This document shows positions 36,039 to 46,384 of a stretch of DNA of 64,000 nt, piece after piece (the first letter of the stretch is position 1; every line of letters begins with the position of its first letter). This DNA is from Myxococcota bacterium. Lineage in GTDB: Bacteria; Myxococcota_A; UBA796; CAJQPC01. The notes beneath the pieces were generated by a model that saw only the letters and a list, made by a program, of their open reading frames with translations, was not told the origin of the DNA and did no database searches. The stretch is taken from NCBI GenBank assembly GCA_036012755.1, contig DASCPX010000009.1, positions 1 through 64,000 of the forward strand, read 5' to 3'. Made by a program: the position numbers and the translations under genes.

Positions 36039-38176
36039 TCCTGCTCCTGGCATGCCTCGAAGCCCAGGAGGTCACCCCGGCGCCAGTGGAACTGGGGACC
36101 AGCGAGGTCATTCCGGTCGGCTACCGTGTAGCCACTGTGGACACGCTCGAGGGCCCCTTCCTCAATCGCCTGGCGGAGGCCTCCAGCCCCTACCTACAGC
36201 AGCACGCGAACAACCCGGTCGACTGGTACGAGTGGGGGCCGGAGGCATGGGCGCGCGCCCGAGAGCTGGAGGTCCCGATCTTCCTCTCCATCGGCTACGC
36301 GGCCTGCCACTGGTGTCACGTCATGGCCCACGAGTCCTTCGAGGATCCGAAGGTCGCGTTGTTCATGAACGAGCACTTCGTGAACATCAAGGTCGACCGC
36401 GAGGAGCGCCCGGATGTCGACGGCGTCTACATGCAGGCCGTCCACGCGCTCAACGAGGGCAACGGCGGATGGCCCGCGTCCATCTGGCTGGAGACCGACC
36501 TGCGGCCCTTCCACGCCGGGACCTACTACCCCTCCGAGCCGAGCTACGGGCGCCCCTCCTTCATCCAGATGCTGGAGCTCGTCGACTCGATCTGGCGGAC
36601 CGACAGGGCGCGCATCCGGCGTGTGGCCGAGAGCGTGGAGGCGGGGCTCACCGCTGAGGCGATCCCTGCTCGCGCCGAGCTCCCGGGTACGGACCTCGGG
36701 GCGATCACCGCGGACCAGATGAGAGCGCAGTGGGACCCGGTGAACCAGGGCTTCGGCCCCGACAAGAAGTTCCCGATGGCCCCCCGCCTGGACTTCCTCC
36801 TGGCGCACGCGGCGCGCACGGACGACGTCGACACCCAGGGGCTCGTTCGTGGCGCGCTCACCGCCATGGCCGACGGCGGCATCCACGACCACCTCGGAGG
36901 CGGCTTCCACCGCTACACGGTCGATCCAGCGTGGACCATCCCGCACTTCGAGAAGATGCTCTACGACAACGCCCAGCTCGTCGGGCTCTACGCGCAGGCA
37001 TCCGTCGTGCTCGGACAGCAGCGCTACGCCGAGGTCTCCAGGGACACGGCCACCTACCTGATCCGAGACATGCAGGACGCCAGCGGCGCCTTCTACTCCA
37101 GCGAGGACGCAGACTCCGCCGGCGAGGAAGGCAGCTTCTACGTCTGGACGCCGACAGAGGTGGTGGCGGTCCTCGGCCCCGAGGAGGGCCCACGCTTCAA
37201 CGCGGCCTTCGGCGTGACCGAGGAAGGCAACTTCGAGCACGGGACGACGGTGCTGACCCGCCAGGGGGACGAGGACTTCGCGGAGGCCCGGCTGCTGCTC
37301 TTCACCCACCGGCTCGGGCGCACGCCGCCGCCCACGGACACCAAGCAGGTCGTTGCATGGAACGGCCTGGCGATCGGTGGCCTCGCGCTCTCGGGTCGCC
37401 TCCTCGATGAGCCCACCCACGTCGAGGCAGCCCGCCGCGCCGCCGAAGCCGTGCTCGCCTACCAAGGCGCCGACGGCCGTCTCCCGCGCACCCTGGCGCC
37501 GAACCCCCCAGAGGGCACCCTGTCGGACTACTCGTTCTTCGCCGAGGGCCTGCTCCACCTCTACGAGGCCGACCCGGACCCGCGCTGGCTGTTGGCCGCC
37601 GAGCTCACGGCCAAGGCGATGGTGGAGCGCTTCCAGTCAGACAGCGGCGGCTTCTACGAGGCACCAGAGGAAGCCGACGAGCTCTTCGTGCGTCGCCAGG
37701 ATCCCAGCGACGGCGCAGAACCGAGCGGCTGGGGGCGCGCCGTGGTCGTGCTGTTGCGCCTCCACGCCTACGGCTCGGCCGTCGGGGACATCGACAAGGC
37801 CGAGGCAGCCCTCGAGGCCGCCGGGCTGTACCTGCACCGCGCACCCTACGCCGTGCCATCGATGGTGCTCGCCCACGACGCCCTCCGACGCCCTTCCCTC
37901 GAGGTCATCCTGGCCAGCCCCACAGCGGACGATCCCGTGCTGGCGATGTTCCGACGGGCCTACGACAACAGCCACCGGCCCGACGCCGTGCTGGGGGTGG
38001 TCACGCCCGAGACCGCCAACGATCTGGCCCACATGACCGCTTTTTCAGGAAAGGTGCCCGGAGCCGGCCCCCGGGCCTATGTCTGCGTGGACAAGGTCTG
38101 TCACCTACCTACGGAAGACCTCGCCGAGTTCATCGGCCAACTCGAAGCGACCCTGGACTACTCCAGCGAGCGGTAG
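36035..38176 (+). CDS. Thioredoxin-domain / six-hairpin glycosidase-like protein (YyaL/SPATA20 family)
   Basis: NRLA.A.SPYL.QHA.NPVDW, SIGY.ACHWCHVMAHESFED, KVDREERPDVD, GGGFHRY.VD..W..PHFEKMLYDNA, YVC....C.LP. Confidence 0.92.
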   Translation: MILLLACLEAQEVTPAPVELGTSEVIPVGYRVATVDTLEGPFLNRLAEASSPYLQQHANNPVDWYEWGPEAWARARELEVPIFLSIGYAACHWCHVMAHESFEDPKVALFMNEHFVNIKVDREERPDVDGVYMQAVHALNEGNGGWPASIWLETDLRPFHAGTYYPSEPSYGRPSFIQMLELVDSIWRTDRARIRRVAESVEAGLTAEAIPARAELPGTDLGAITADQMRAQWDPVNQGFGPDKKFPMAPRLDFLLAHAARTDDVDTQGLVRGALTAMADGGIHDHLGGGFHRYTVDPAWTIPHFEKMLYDNAQLVGLYAQASVVLGQQRYAEVSRDTATYLIRDMQDASGAFYSSEDADSAGEEGSFYVWTPTEVVAVLGPEEGPRFNAAFGVTEEGNFEHGTTVLTRQGDEDFAEARLLLFTHRLGRTPPPTDTKQVVAWNGLAIGGLALSGRLLDEPTHVEAARRAAEAVLAYQGADGRLPRTLAPNPPEGTLSDYSFFAEGLLHLYEADPDPRWLLAAELTAKAMVERFQSDSGGFYEAPEEADELFVRRQDPSDGAEPSGWGRAVVVLLRLHAYGSAVGDIDKAEAALEAAGLYLHRAPYAVPSMVLAHDALRRPSLEVILASPTADDPVLAMFRRAYDNSHRPDAVLGVVTPETANDLAHMTAFSGKVPGAGPRAYVCVDKVCHLPTEDLAEFIGQLEATLDYSSER

Positions 38177-38628
38177 AGGTTGTTGAGCTGGTTCAACGCC
38201 GCCTCGCCAGCCTTGGCGTACATCACCTTGTCCGGCACCGGGATCGAGAGCTCGGCCTTCAGGTGGTAGGTGATGACCGTGCCGCCTTCCACCGCTGAGA
38301 CGGCCCAGCTGACCTCGTACTGATCGAAGTCCTCAGAGCTGACCAGCCGGTCCCGCCAGCTCGTGTCGCTCGTCTTGCAGCGCTCGGTGTGCATGCGCAG
38401 GTTGGACAACAGCCCCCGCGCCTCTGTCGTGACCGCGTCGCAGCTGCCCTCGTCCTCGACCGTGTAGCTGACGAGGTCGGGGCTGAGTCCGTAGACCTTG
38501 TCCGTGTCGTCGAGGACCGCCCTGACAGCGTCGACGTCGTGCGGCACGAAGTAGCGAATCGTCAGGCCGTCGTCGCCGACGATCGTCTCGGGTTCGGCGG
38601 CGAGACCAAGTGAGAGGAGGAGCAGCAC
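38158..38628 (-). CDS. SRPBCC/START-like exported protein
   Basis: Signal MLLLLSLGLA; V..VL.D, DF..YE..W.V....GGT...Y......PVP pattern. Confidence 0.55.
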   Translation of the reverse strand: MLLLLSLGLAAEPETIVGDDGLTIRYFVPHDVDAVRAVLDDTDKVYGLSPDLVSYTVEDEGSCDAVTTEARGLLSNLRMHTERCKTSDTSWRDRLVSSEDFDQYEVSWAVSAVEGGTVITYHLKAELSIPVPDKVMYAKAGEAALNQLNNLYRSLE

Positions 38629-38712
38629 GATAGATGTGTACCAGATCCCCGACAGGGGTGTGAATCGAATTTCGCACCTGTGTCGATCGTCACCTGGGGC
38701 GGCCTGGCAGGC

Positions 38713-39429
38713 TCACCTCCCGATCAGCTCGACGTCGCCTGAGAGAACCGCTCGGAGCCCGTCTTCGGTGCGCACCAGGAGCGCGCCATCGGAGCCGATG
38801 TCCTCTGCGAACCCCTCGACAGAGCCGAGACGGACGCGACGGCCGAGGGTGCGACTCCTGGCCCTCCAGGCGTGCAACATCGCCTCAGGATCGTGGACTG
38901 CCTGGGCACAGCGATCCTCGATTCGGGAGACGACCCGGGCGAGCAGCGCGACCCTGTCGATGCCATGGCCCAGGCCCACCGCGTCGGGCAGCTCGGGGGG
39001 GAAGCGCTGCTGGTTCACGTTGAGGCCCACGCCCAGGACGACGAAGGCCAGCCGCGAGCCCGCGGTCTCCAGCTCGGCGAGGATGCCGGCGAGCTTGTGA
39101 TCCTCTCGGTCGACGACGTCGTTGGGCCACTTGATGAACGCTTGCGTGGCCTCTGCGACGGCCAGCGCCGTGGCGAGGCACTGCAGCGGCGCCGCCTCCG
39201 GGGAGATCGGAGGTCGCAGGAGCAGCGAGAAGTAGAGGTTCAGGCCCGGCGGACTCTGCCAGCTCCGCCCGAGCCGTCCCTTGCCCCCGGTCTGCCCGTC
39301 GGCGACAACCAGGGTGCCGCTCGGCGCGCCCTGGCGTCCGAGCTCTCGGGCTCGCAGGTTCGTGGAGTCGGTCTCCTCGAAGAAGACCACGTCCCGCTCG
39401 CAGGCGCGGGACAGCGCCTCGGCCCTCAC
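38713..39429 (-). CDS. birA: Biotin--[acetyl-CoA-carboxylase] ligase (no DNA-binding domain)
   Basis: DSTN, QTGGKGRLGRSW.SP, KWPNDV, KLAGIL.E, G.GLNV. Confidence 0.93.
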   Translation of the reverse strand: MRAEALSRACERDVVFFEETDSTNLRARELGRQGAPSGTLVVADGQTGGKGRLGRSWQSPPGLNLYFSLLLRPPISPEAAPLQCLATALAVAEATQAFIKWPNDVVDREDHKLAGILAELETAGSRLAFVVLGVGLNVNQQRFPPELPDAVGLGHGIDRVALLARVVSRIEDRCAQAVHDPEAMLHAWRARSRTLGRRVRLGSVEGFAEDIGSDGALLVRTEDGLRAVLSGDVELIGR

Positions 39430-40241
39430 TCCAGCTCCAGGGAGAGATCCACCCAGCGCGCCTGGTGGATGAGGCCGCCGACGCTGACGACGTCGAGGCC
39501 CAGGACATCACGCAGCCGGGCGATGCGCTCGGCGTCCATGTTCCCGCTGGCCTCGAGGGTGGCACGACCAGAGGCGCGGGCGACCGCCTCCCGGATCATC
39601 GCGTCGTCCATGTTGTCCAGGAGGATGACGTCGGCGTCGGCGGCCAGGGCCTCGTCCAGCTCCTCGAGGGTCTCGACCTCGACCTCGACCTTGACGAGGT
39701 GGTGGACTGCCTTCCGGACCCGACCGACGGCCTCGCCGATGCTGCCGACGGCCCTGATGTGGTTGTCCTTGATCATCACGCCGTCGTAGAGACCGAAGCG
39801 GTGGTTGTGCCCGCCGCCATGACGCACGGCGGCCTTCTCGAGCTGGCGGTGCAGCGGGGTCGTCTTGCGGGTGTCGACCACGCGCAGCTTGCCCTGCGCG
39901 GCCCCGACGATACGTCGGGTGTTCGTGGCGATGCCGGACAGGCGCATGAGGAAGTTCAGGGCGACTCGCTCGCAGGTCAGGACGCTCTGGAGCGGACCGC
40001 TGACCTCGGCGATCGGGGTCGACGCAGAGACCCGGTCCCCGTCCCTGCCGATCGCGGACAAGCTGGCACCGCCGACATCGAAGACGGCCTCGGCGACCTC
40101 CAGCCCCGAGACGACCAGCTCCTCCTTGGCGATGATGAGGCCACGTCCGGCCTTCGCTGGGTCGACGCAGGCGGTGGTCGTGATGTCACCCGGGCCGACG
40201 TCCTCTTCCAGGGCCAGCTCGACCAGGCGCCGGAGCTTCAT
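39426..40241 (-). CDS. nadC: Nicotinate-nucleotide pyrophosphorylase (carboxylating)
   Basis: ED...GDIT, ER.ALN, SGIAT, DTRKT.P, HR.GL.D.VMIKDNH, EVEVE, LLDN, EASG. Confidence 0.95.
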   Translation of the reverse strand: MKLRRLVELALEEDVGPGDITTTACVDPAKAGRGLIIAKEELVVSGLEVAEAVFDVGGASLSAIGRDGDRVSASTPIAEVSGPLQSVLTCERVALNFLMRLSGIATNTRRIVGAAQGKLRVVDTRKTTPLHRQLEKAAVRHGGGHNHRFGLYDGVMIKDNHIRAVGSIGEAVGRVRKAVHHLVKVEVEVETLEELDEALAADADVILLDNMDDAMIREAVARASGRATLEASGNMDAERIARLRDVLGLDVVSVGGLIHQARWVDLSLELE

Positions 40242-42856
40242 CCGATGGCCTCGCGAGAGGTCCTCAGGGTCGCGAGGCGGGCCTGGGCGACGCCGAGCTT
40301 GTCGCGGAACTTCTGCACGACCTGCGGCGGCGCCTTGTCGACGAAGCCAGCGTTGCCGAGCTTGCCCTGGAGCTGCGCGACGTCTCGCTCCGTCTTGGCC
40401 AGCTCCTTGTCGAGGCGTGCCCTCTCCGCGTCGAGGTCGACCGTGCCCTCGAGATCGATGAGGATCTCGCAGCCCGGCACCACGGCGGTGGCGTGGTTCT
40501 CCGGTGGCTGTCCGAGGAAGGCCTCGACCCGACTCAGGTGGGAGAGCGCGCCGGCGTGTCGCACCAGCCAGTCGGAGCGCTCGCCGCGGGCGTGGACCGA
40601 AAAGGGCACCTTGGGGCTGATCTCCATGTCGGCCCGCACACGCCTGAGCGCGGTGATGGCCCCCTGGAGGAAGGCGACTTCGTCCAGAATCCGATTATCG
40701 CTCGGGAAATCGTGGGCCTCTGGATAGCGCGCGAGCATCACCGTGCCCTCGGTCCCGGGCAGGCGCTGCCACAGCTCCTCGCCGAGCATCGGCATGATGG
40801 GGTGCATCAGCCGAGCCACCGCCTCGAAGCAGGTCACCAGCGTCGCCTGCGCTGCCGCGCGGGGGGCCCCACCGCCATAGATCGCGGCCTTGGAGAACTC
40901 CAGGTACCAGTCGCAGAGCTCGCCCCAGGTGAAGGCCTGGAGCTCCTGGGCCGCCTGGTCGAAGCGATAGTCGTCCAGCGCAGCGCGGATGCGGGCCGTC
41001 GCCTGCCCCAGCCGGGCCAGGATCCAGCGGTCGTAGGTGCCGGGCTGGACCACCGCGGCGGGGTCGTAGCCGTCCAGGTTCATGTGGAGGTAGCGGAAGG
41101 CCTGCCAGAGCTTGTTGACGAAGCGGCTGGAGACCTCGACGAGCTGGTCCCCCCAGTTGATGTCGCCGCCCTGGGTGGCGTGGAAGGCCAGGGTGTAGCG
41201 GAAGGCGTCGAGGCCGTGCCGCTTGATGGTGTCGAGCGGGTCGATCGTGTTGCCCTTGGTCTTGGACATCTTGTGGCCGTCGGCGTCGCGCACGAGGCCG
41301 TGGATGCAGACCTTCTCGAAGGGCACCGCGCCCATGTTGTGGACCCCGGAGAACATCATCCGGGCGACCCAGAAGAAGATGATGTCGAAGCCAGTGACGA
41401 GCACGCTCGTCGGGTACCAGCGGCGCAGCTCGGGCGTGTCGTCGGGCCAGCCCATCGTCGAAAACGGCCACAGGGCGGAGGAGAACCACGTGTCGAGCAC
41501 GTCAGGGTCCTGCTCGATGCTGGAGGAGCCGCAGGCACGGCACTCTGTGGGGTCCTCTTCGCAGACCTGCAGATCGCCGCAGTCCGAGCAGGTCCAGGCG
41601 GGGATCTGGTGTCCCCACCACAGCTGCCGGCTGATGCACCAGTCGCGGATCTCGCGCATCCAGGCGAAGTAGGTGTTCTCCCACCCCCTCGGCACGAACT
41701 CGGTGTAGCCGCGCTCGACCGCGGCGATGGCCGGAGCCGCCAAGGGCTTCATGCGAACGAACCACTGCTTCGAGAGCATCGGCTCGACAACCGCGTGGCC
41801 ACGCTGGGAACGGCCCAGCGCCATCGTGTGGGGCTCCGAGCCCCTGTCCAGGCCGAGCTCGGCGATGGCTGCCTTGACCGCGTCCCTGGCCTCGAAGCGC
41901 TCCATGCCGCAGAAGCGCCCGCCGTTTTCGTTCACGTAGGCGCGCGTATCGAAGATCGTGATGAACTCGAGGTCGTGGCGCTTGCCCACCTCGTAGTCGT
42001 TGAAGTCGTGGGCAGGGGTCACCTTCACCGCCCCGGTCCCGAACTCGGGATCGACGAGGATGGAGTCGGCGATGATCTCGATGTGGCGGTCCACCAGCGG
42101 GTTGTGCACCGTCTCGCCGATGAGGTGCTGGTAGCGCTCGTCGTCGGGGTGCACGGCCACGGCGGTGTCGCCGAGCATGGTCTCGGGTCGGGTCGTGGCC
42201 ACCACGATCTCGCCGCTGCCGTCCGACAGCGGGTATGCGAAGGACCACAGCTCGCCCTTGTGCTCGCTGTCGTACTCGACCTCGAGCTCCGAGAGCACAG
42301 TGAGGCCTCCCGGATCCCAGTTGATGAGCCTGGTGTCCCGGTAGATGAGGTCCTCTTCGTAGAGCTTGCAGAAGACCTTGCGCACGGCCCGGGACAGGCC
42401 CTCGTCCATCGTGAAGCGCTCGCGACTCCAGTCGCAGGAGACACCGAGCTCGCGCAGCTGGTGGGTGATCCGGCCGCCGCTCTCCGCTTTCCAGGCCCAG
42501 GTCCGCTCGAGGAACTTCTCGCGCCCGAGCTCGACGCGATCGATGCCCTCTGCCGCCAGCTGGCGGGTCACGACGAGCTGCGTGGCGATGCCGGCGTGAT
42601 CGGTGCCCGGAATCCAGAGCGTGTTGTAGCCGTCCATCCGCTTGTACCGGATGAGGATGTCCTGGAGCACGTTGTCCAGGGCGTGGCCCATGTGCAGGAT
42701 GCCCGTGATGTTGGGCGGCGGGATGACGATGCTGAAGGAGCCCTTCTCGCCGTCCTCTGCGGGGTCCGCGGTGAAGAAGCCGCTGTCCTCCCACCAGGCG
42801 TAGTAGCGCTCGGCGGCGGCGTGCGGGTCGTACTTGTCAGGGAGGTCGTTCGACAT
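40238..42856 (-). CDS. valS: Valine--tRNA ligase
   Basis: PPPNITG.LHMGH, GTDHAGIATQ, ATTRPET, DWCISRQLWWGH, DTWFSS, KMSK, C-terminal coiled coil. Confidence 0.97.
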   Translation of the reverse strand: MSNDLPDKYDPHAAAERYYAWWEDSGFFTADPAEDGEKGSFSIVIPPPNITGILHMGHALDNVLQDILIRYKRMDGYNTLWIPGTDHAGIATQLVVTRQLAAEGIDRVELGREKFLERTWAWKAESGGRITHQLRELGVSCDWSRERFTMDEGLSRAVRKVFCKLYEEDLIYRDTRLINWDPGGLTVLSELEVEYDSEHKGELWSFAYPLSDGSGEIVVATTRPETMLGDTAVAVHPDDERYQHLIGETVHNPLVDRHIEIIADSILVDPEFGTGAVKVTPAHDFNDYEVGKRHDLEFITIFDTRAYVNENGGRFCGMERFEARDAVKAAIAELGLDRGSEPHTMALGRSQRGHAVVEPMLSKQWFVRMKPLAAPAIAAVERGYTEFVPRGWENTYFAWMREIRDWCISRQLWWGHQIPAWTCSDCGDLQVCEEDPTECRACGSSSIEQDPDVLDTWFSSALWPFSTMGWPDDTPELRRWYPTSVLVTGFDIIFFWVARMMFSGVHNMGAVPFEKVCIHGLVRDADGHKMSKTKGNTIDPLDTIKRHGLDAFRYTLAFHATQGGDINWGDQLVEVSSRFVNKLWQAFRYLHMNLDGYDPAAVVQPGTYDRWILARLGQATARIRAALDDYRFDQAAQELQAFTWGELCDWYLEFSKAAIYGGGAPRAAAQATLVTCFEAVARLMHPIMPMLGEELWQRLPGTEGTVMLARYPEAHDFPSDNRILDEVAFLQGAITALRRVRADMEISPKVPFSVHARGERSDWLVRHAGALSHLSRVEAFLGQPPENHATAVVPGCEILIDLEGTVDLDAERARLDKELAKTERDVAQLQGKLGNAGFVDKAPPQVVQKFRDKLGVAQARLATLRTSREAIG

Positions 42857-42883
42857 GGCAGGCCCCGCTAACTCGGACGAAGT

Positions 42884-43585
42884 CTAGCCGCGCTTGGCCA
42901 GCTCTTCCTTGACCGCCTTCTCGACCGCCTGGGCCACGATCTCCCGGAACTCCGGAGAGGAGACCAGGGCATTGCGGAGCACACCCTCGACCACCTCTGG
43001 GAGGACCTCCAGGATCGCGCGCTCGAGCGCCGGACCGACGACCTCCGGGTCGACCGAGACGGGCTCCGGCTGGCGGAAGTCCCGGGGAAGGAAGGTGGCC
43101 AGCCGCTCCTCGGAGACCGGGACGTTGTGCCTCGGCCCGACGAGGGGCCCGTCATAGCTCGGGACCGCGTCTGGGAGCTCTGACAGGTCGGGGGAGGTGA
43201 TCTCGGGCAGTCCGAAGCCGACGAGCCCGATGGCCTCTTCGACCTTGGACCGGAGCGAGCGGGCGGTGAAGGGCACCGAGATCTTCCCGTCCACCCCGCA
43301 CTCCGTCGCCCGGACCTCGTCGTACACGTCGAAGCCGCCAGCGAGCAGGTAGACCAGGGCCGCCGGGTAGCGCTCGCGCATCGCCCGGGCGAGGTCGTAG
43401 CCAGTCCCGCGTGGGAGACGGACCGCCGAGATGACGAGGTCGACGCTGTGGCCGTTGGAGGCTTCCTCCGCGTCGTCGAGGCCACGCGCACGAAGGCACG
43501 GGAAGCCCGTCCCTCGGAAGGCTTCCTCGACCCGACGACAGGTGGCCGGGTTGGGGTCCACCACGAGCACGGTCTTGCGAGTCAC
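42884..43585 (-). CDS. romR: Atypical response regulator, RomR-like (pseudo-receiver + linker + conserved C-terminal helix)
   Basis: Receiver fold (TVLVVD, DLVI.., GYDLA, PFT); C-terminal LERAILEVLPEVVE resembles the RomR C-terminal region; immediately upstream of valS. Confidence 0.55.
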   Translation of the reverse strand: MTRKTVLVVDPNPATCRRVEEAFRGTGFPCLRARGLDDAEEASNGHSVDLVISAVRLPRGTGYDLARAMRERYPAALVYLLAGGFDVYDEVRATECGVDGKISVPFTARSLRSKVEEAIGLVGFGLPEITSPDLSELPDAVPSYDGPLVGPRHNVPVSEERLATFLPRDFRQPEPVSVDPEVVGPALERAILEVLPEVVEGVLRNALVSSPEFREIVAQAVEKAVKEELAKRG

Positions 43586-43625
43586 GGTGGGGATCCCTAC
43601 CACCGCAACGGCGGTGGAGTCAAAG

Positions 43626-44444
43626 TCAGTCTTGAACGACGAGGACGTGCATGCCGCGGGTGACGACCTCGACCTTCTGCCCGTCTTCCATCTCGACCAC
43701 GTCGGAGTTCTGGAAGCCGACGAAGAGGTTGATGTACTCGACGGGCAGATCGCCGTTGAGCAGACCCCAGACCTCGTCGTCCACGTAGAAGCCGTCCTCG
43801 TCAGCGGCGCAGGTGACGGTGCCCCACGGCTCGCCGTCGCGCTCCTGCCGGATCTGGACCCAGGTCTCCTCCCAGCCCTCGGCATCCCAGGACAGCTCGA
43901 CGGGCTCGCCGAAGCTCAGGTTGCCGTCTTCATCGACGTCGTCGATGTCCTCGTCCACCCAGTCGATCTCCCCCGCAGCCGGCGTGCTGGCCCCGTCGAG
44001 TGCGGCGGCCTCTTCGAGCCAGACCCCCCCTTCGAGCAGGTCTTCCGAGCGCTCACAGGAGCGCACGTTCGACAGCACCTCGTGGTGGTAGAAGCCAGCG
44101 GCCTTGCGGGCGAGCTCGCCCCCGCCGTCGTCCGTGGACCAGCGGGGCTCGTCACCGCCCAGGCCGGGCAGGTCGGCGCCGCCCGCGCCGGCGTCCTCTG
44201 GGAACATGGACAGACCGTAGACGCAGCCGCCGGGCAGCTCGCGCTCCTGCAGCCCGTCGGGTGCGTACTCCAGCGCGACGTCGAAGCTGAAGACGCCCTC
44301 GTAGAGGTCCCCGGTCTCGTTGTCCCCGCACTCCCAGGTGTAGACGTCACTGGTCAGGCGAGCGTCGGCCTCGGGCCCCTTTCCAAGGTCGAGAGTGCCA
44401 CTGCAGCCCTTGCAGCCGGTCAGGATCATCATCAGTCCAAGCAT
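43626..44444 (-). CDS. Hypothetical acidic lipoprotein
   Basis: MLGLMMILTGC signal; GAGG upstream; strongly acidic composition. Confidence 0.6.
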   Translation of the reverse strand: MLGLMMILTGCKGCSGTLDLGKGPEADARLTSDVYTWECGDNETGDLYEGVFSFDVALEYAPDGLQERELPGGCVYGLSMFPEDAGAGGADLPGLGGDEPRWSTDDGGGELARKAAGFYHHEVLSNVRSCERSEDLLEGGVWLEEAAALDGASTPAAGEIDWVDEDIDDVDEDGNLSFGEPVELSWDAEGWEETWVQIRQERDGEPWGTVTCAADEDGFYVDDEVWGLLNGDLPVEYINLFVGFQNSDVVEMEDGQKVEVVTRGMHVLVVQD

Positions 44445-44539
44445 CGAAGAAACCTCAGAAGCGACAGAGATCATACCCAGGGCACGGTCGCCTGTCTGTC
44501 AATCCGAGGCTACGTTCGTCTGCTCGGAGGCGTGACACC

Positions 44540-46384
44540 GTGCTGTGGCTCTTTGCCTGCGTCGAAACCGGCCCAGCGCCGATGAACGACCTGTCAGCAG
44601 GGTTCTTCGACGCTCCCTGGCCCTCCGACCTCCGGAGGACGGCGTCAGGGGGCCTGGATCTCACCGGCTTCCCGAGTCGCGACGAGCAGCCGCTGGTCTC
44701 GCTCTACTGCGACGAGGGAGAGACGGGCATCGACGGCGCGGGGACGACGGCGCCCATCACCTTCCGCTTCGACGGCGAGCTGGCGACCGGTGACCTCCCC
44801 AAGCCCCTCGGAACGCTGTACCCCTCCAGCGCGCTGTTCTTGATCGACGTCGATCCGGACTCTCCCCACTTCGGCACGCGCGTCCCCGTCGAGTGGGACT
44901 ACCAGGAAGACGAGACCACCTTCCAGCCCACCAACCTCCTGACCCTGGCGCCGCTGTCGGGGATCCCACTTCGGCCAGGGAACACCTACGCCGCAGGGGT
45001 CACGACCAAGGTCGCCGCACGCGACGGTGACTTCTGGGAGGTCTTCACCGTCGATCACCCGGACCACGCCCTCTACGCAGACCTCCAGGCCGCGCTGTTC
45101 GAGGACGGAACGGCGGTCGAGGACGTGGCCATCGCGACGGTCTTCACCACCCAGGACCCGGTCGACGAGACAGCGCTGATCGCCAGCTGGATCCAGGAGA
45201 ACCTCGGCGTCCAGGATCTCTCCCAGGAGCTCACGCTCACTCACGCGGCCCGGACCTACACGCACTACGAGGGCACCCTCTGGCTGCCGATCTGGCAACA
45301 CGGGGAGCGGCCCTACGCCAGCGAGGGGGGCCAGTTCGTGATCGAGGACGGCGAGCCCGTCATCTACGCCTGGGAGCGGATCGCCATCTCCTGGACCGTC
45401 CCGGCTGACCGGGAGATGCCCGCGGAGGGCTGGCCGGTCGTCATCTACGCCCACGGCACCGGCGGGGACTGGACGACCTGCTGCAACGACTACAGCAAGT
45501 ACGCCCAGGCCTCCAGGGCCGGAGAGGCCGGCCTGGCCATGCTGGGCTTCTCCCAGCCCCTGCACGGTGACCGCAAGACCGCGGACACCAGCGAGGAGTT
45601 CCACACCTTCAACTACTTCAACCCGGACTCGGCGCGCTCCAACTTCCGCCAGGGCGCCCTGGACATCGTCTACCTGGCGCATGTCGTCAGCGGCCGCTCC
45701 CACACCTTCGGGCTCGAGGGCGAGGAGCACGTCACGAACCCCGAGATGACCCTCTTCATGGGCCACAGCCAGGGGGGCATCACGGGGGCCATCGCCCTCC
45801 CCTTCCTTGGCGACGACATCCGGGGTGCAGTGCTCAGCGGAGCCGGCGGGGGCCTGTCCCTGTCAATGGTCTACAGGAAGGAGGGCGGCTTCGACATCGA
45901 GTCGCTCATCACCGAGGTCCTGGACTTCAGCTCCGACGAGGAGCTCGATCCCCTCCATCCCGTGGCGGGCCTGCTCCAGACGCTGGCGGAGAGCACCGAC
46001 TCGGCCAACTACGCGCAGTACTGGTTCCAGCGCCGCTCCTGGTTCACCGGGCCCCCGGTGCCCGTGCTGATGTTCGAGGGCATGCTGGACCTCCACACAC
46101 CGCCCATCACCAGCGAGGCGCTGGCCGCGGCCGGGGGCGTCCCGATCATCGAGCCCAGCGTGAGCGTGAACGACGCCAACCGCGTCCAGGGCATCGGCAC
46201 CATCGTGACGCCGACCTCCTACAACGTCGAGACGCGCCTGGACGGCTGGACCACCGCGGGGCTCGCGCAGTACGACGACCAGGACCACTTCGCGATCCAC
46301 AACCTCGGCGCGGCCCAGCGGCTCTACCGGGACTTCCTGAAGAGCGTCGTGGAAGGGGACCCGGCGATCGGGGTGCTGCGATGA
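44540..46384 (+). CDS. Alpha/beta hydrolase lipoprotein with N-terminal Ig-like region
   Basis: MLWLFAC; PWPSD, WPVVIYAHG.GG, PLHGDR, R.NFRQ, GHSQGG nucleophile elbow, D...P, late H. Confidence 0.8.
   Translation: MLWLFACVETGPAPMNDLSAGFFDAPWPSDLRRTASGGLDLTGFPSRDEQPLVSLYCDEGETGIDGAGTTAPITFRFDGELATGDLPKPLGTLYPSSALFLIDVDPDSPHFGTRVPVEWDYQEDETTFQPTNLLTLAPLSGIPLRPGNTYAAGVTTKVAARDGDFWEVFTVDHPDHALYADLQAALFEDGTAVEDVAIATVFTTQDPVDETALIASWIQENLGVQDLSQELTLTHAARTYTHYEGTLWLPIWQHGERPYASEGGQFVIEDGEPVIYAWERIAISWTVPADREMPAEGWPVVIYAHGTGGDWTTCCNDYSKYAQASRAGEAGLAMLGFSQPLHGDRKTADTSEEFHTFNYFNPDSARSNFRQGALDIVYLAHVVSGRSHTFGLEGEEHVTNPEMTLFMGHSQGGITGAIALPFLGDDIRGAVLSGAGGGLSLSMVYRKEGGFDIESLITEVLDFSSDEELDPLHPVAGLLQTLAESTDSANYAQYWFQRRSWFTGPPVPVLMFEGMLDLHTPPITSEALAAAGGVPIIEPSVSVNDANRVQGIGTIVTPTSYNVETRLDGWTTAGLAQYDDQDHFAIHNLGAAQRLYRDFLKSVVEGDPAIGVLR

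Noticed and set aside
38650..38682. CRP/FNR-like site or terminator downstream of birA (imperfect ACAGG.GTGTGAA/TTCGCACCTGT hairpin)
   Set aside because: Half-site spacing does not fit TGTGA-N6-TCACA and there is no U-tract; too weak to call.
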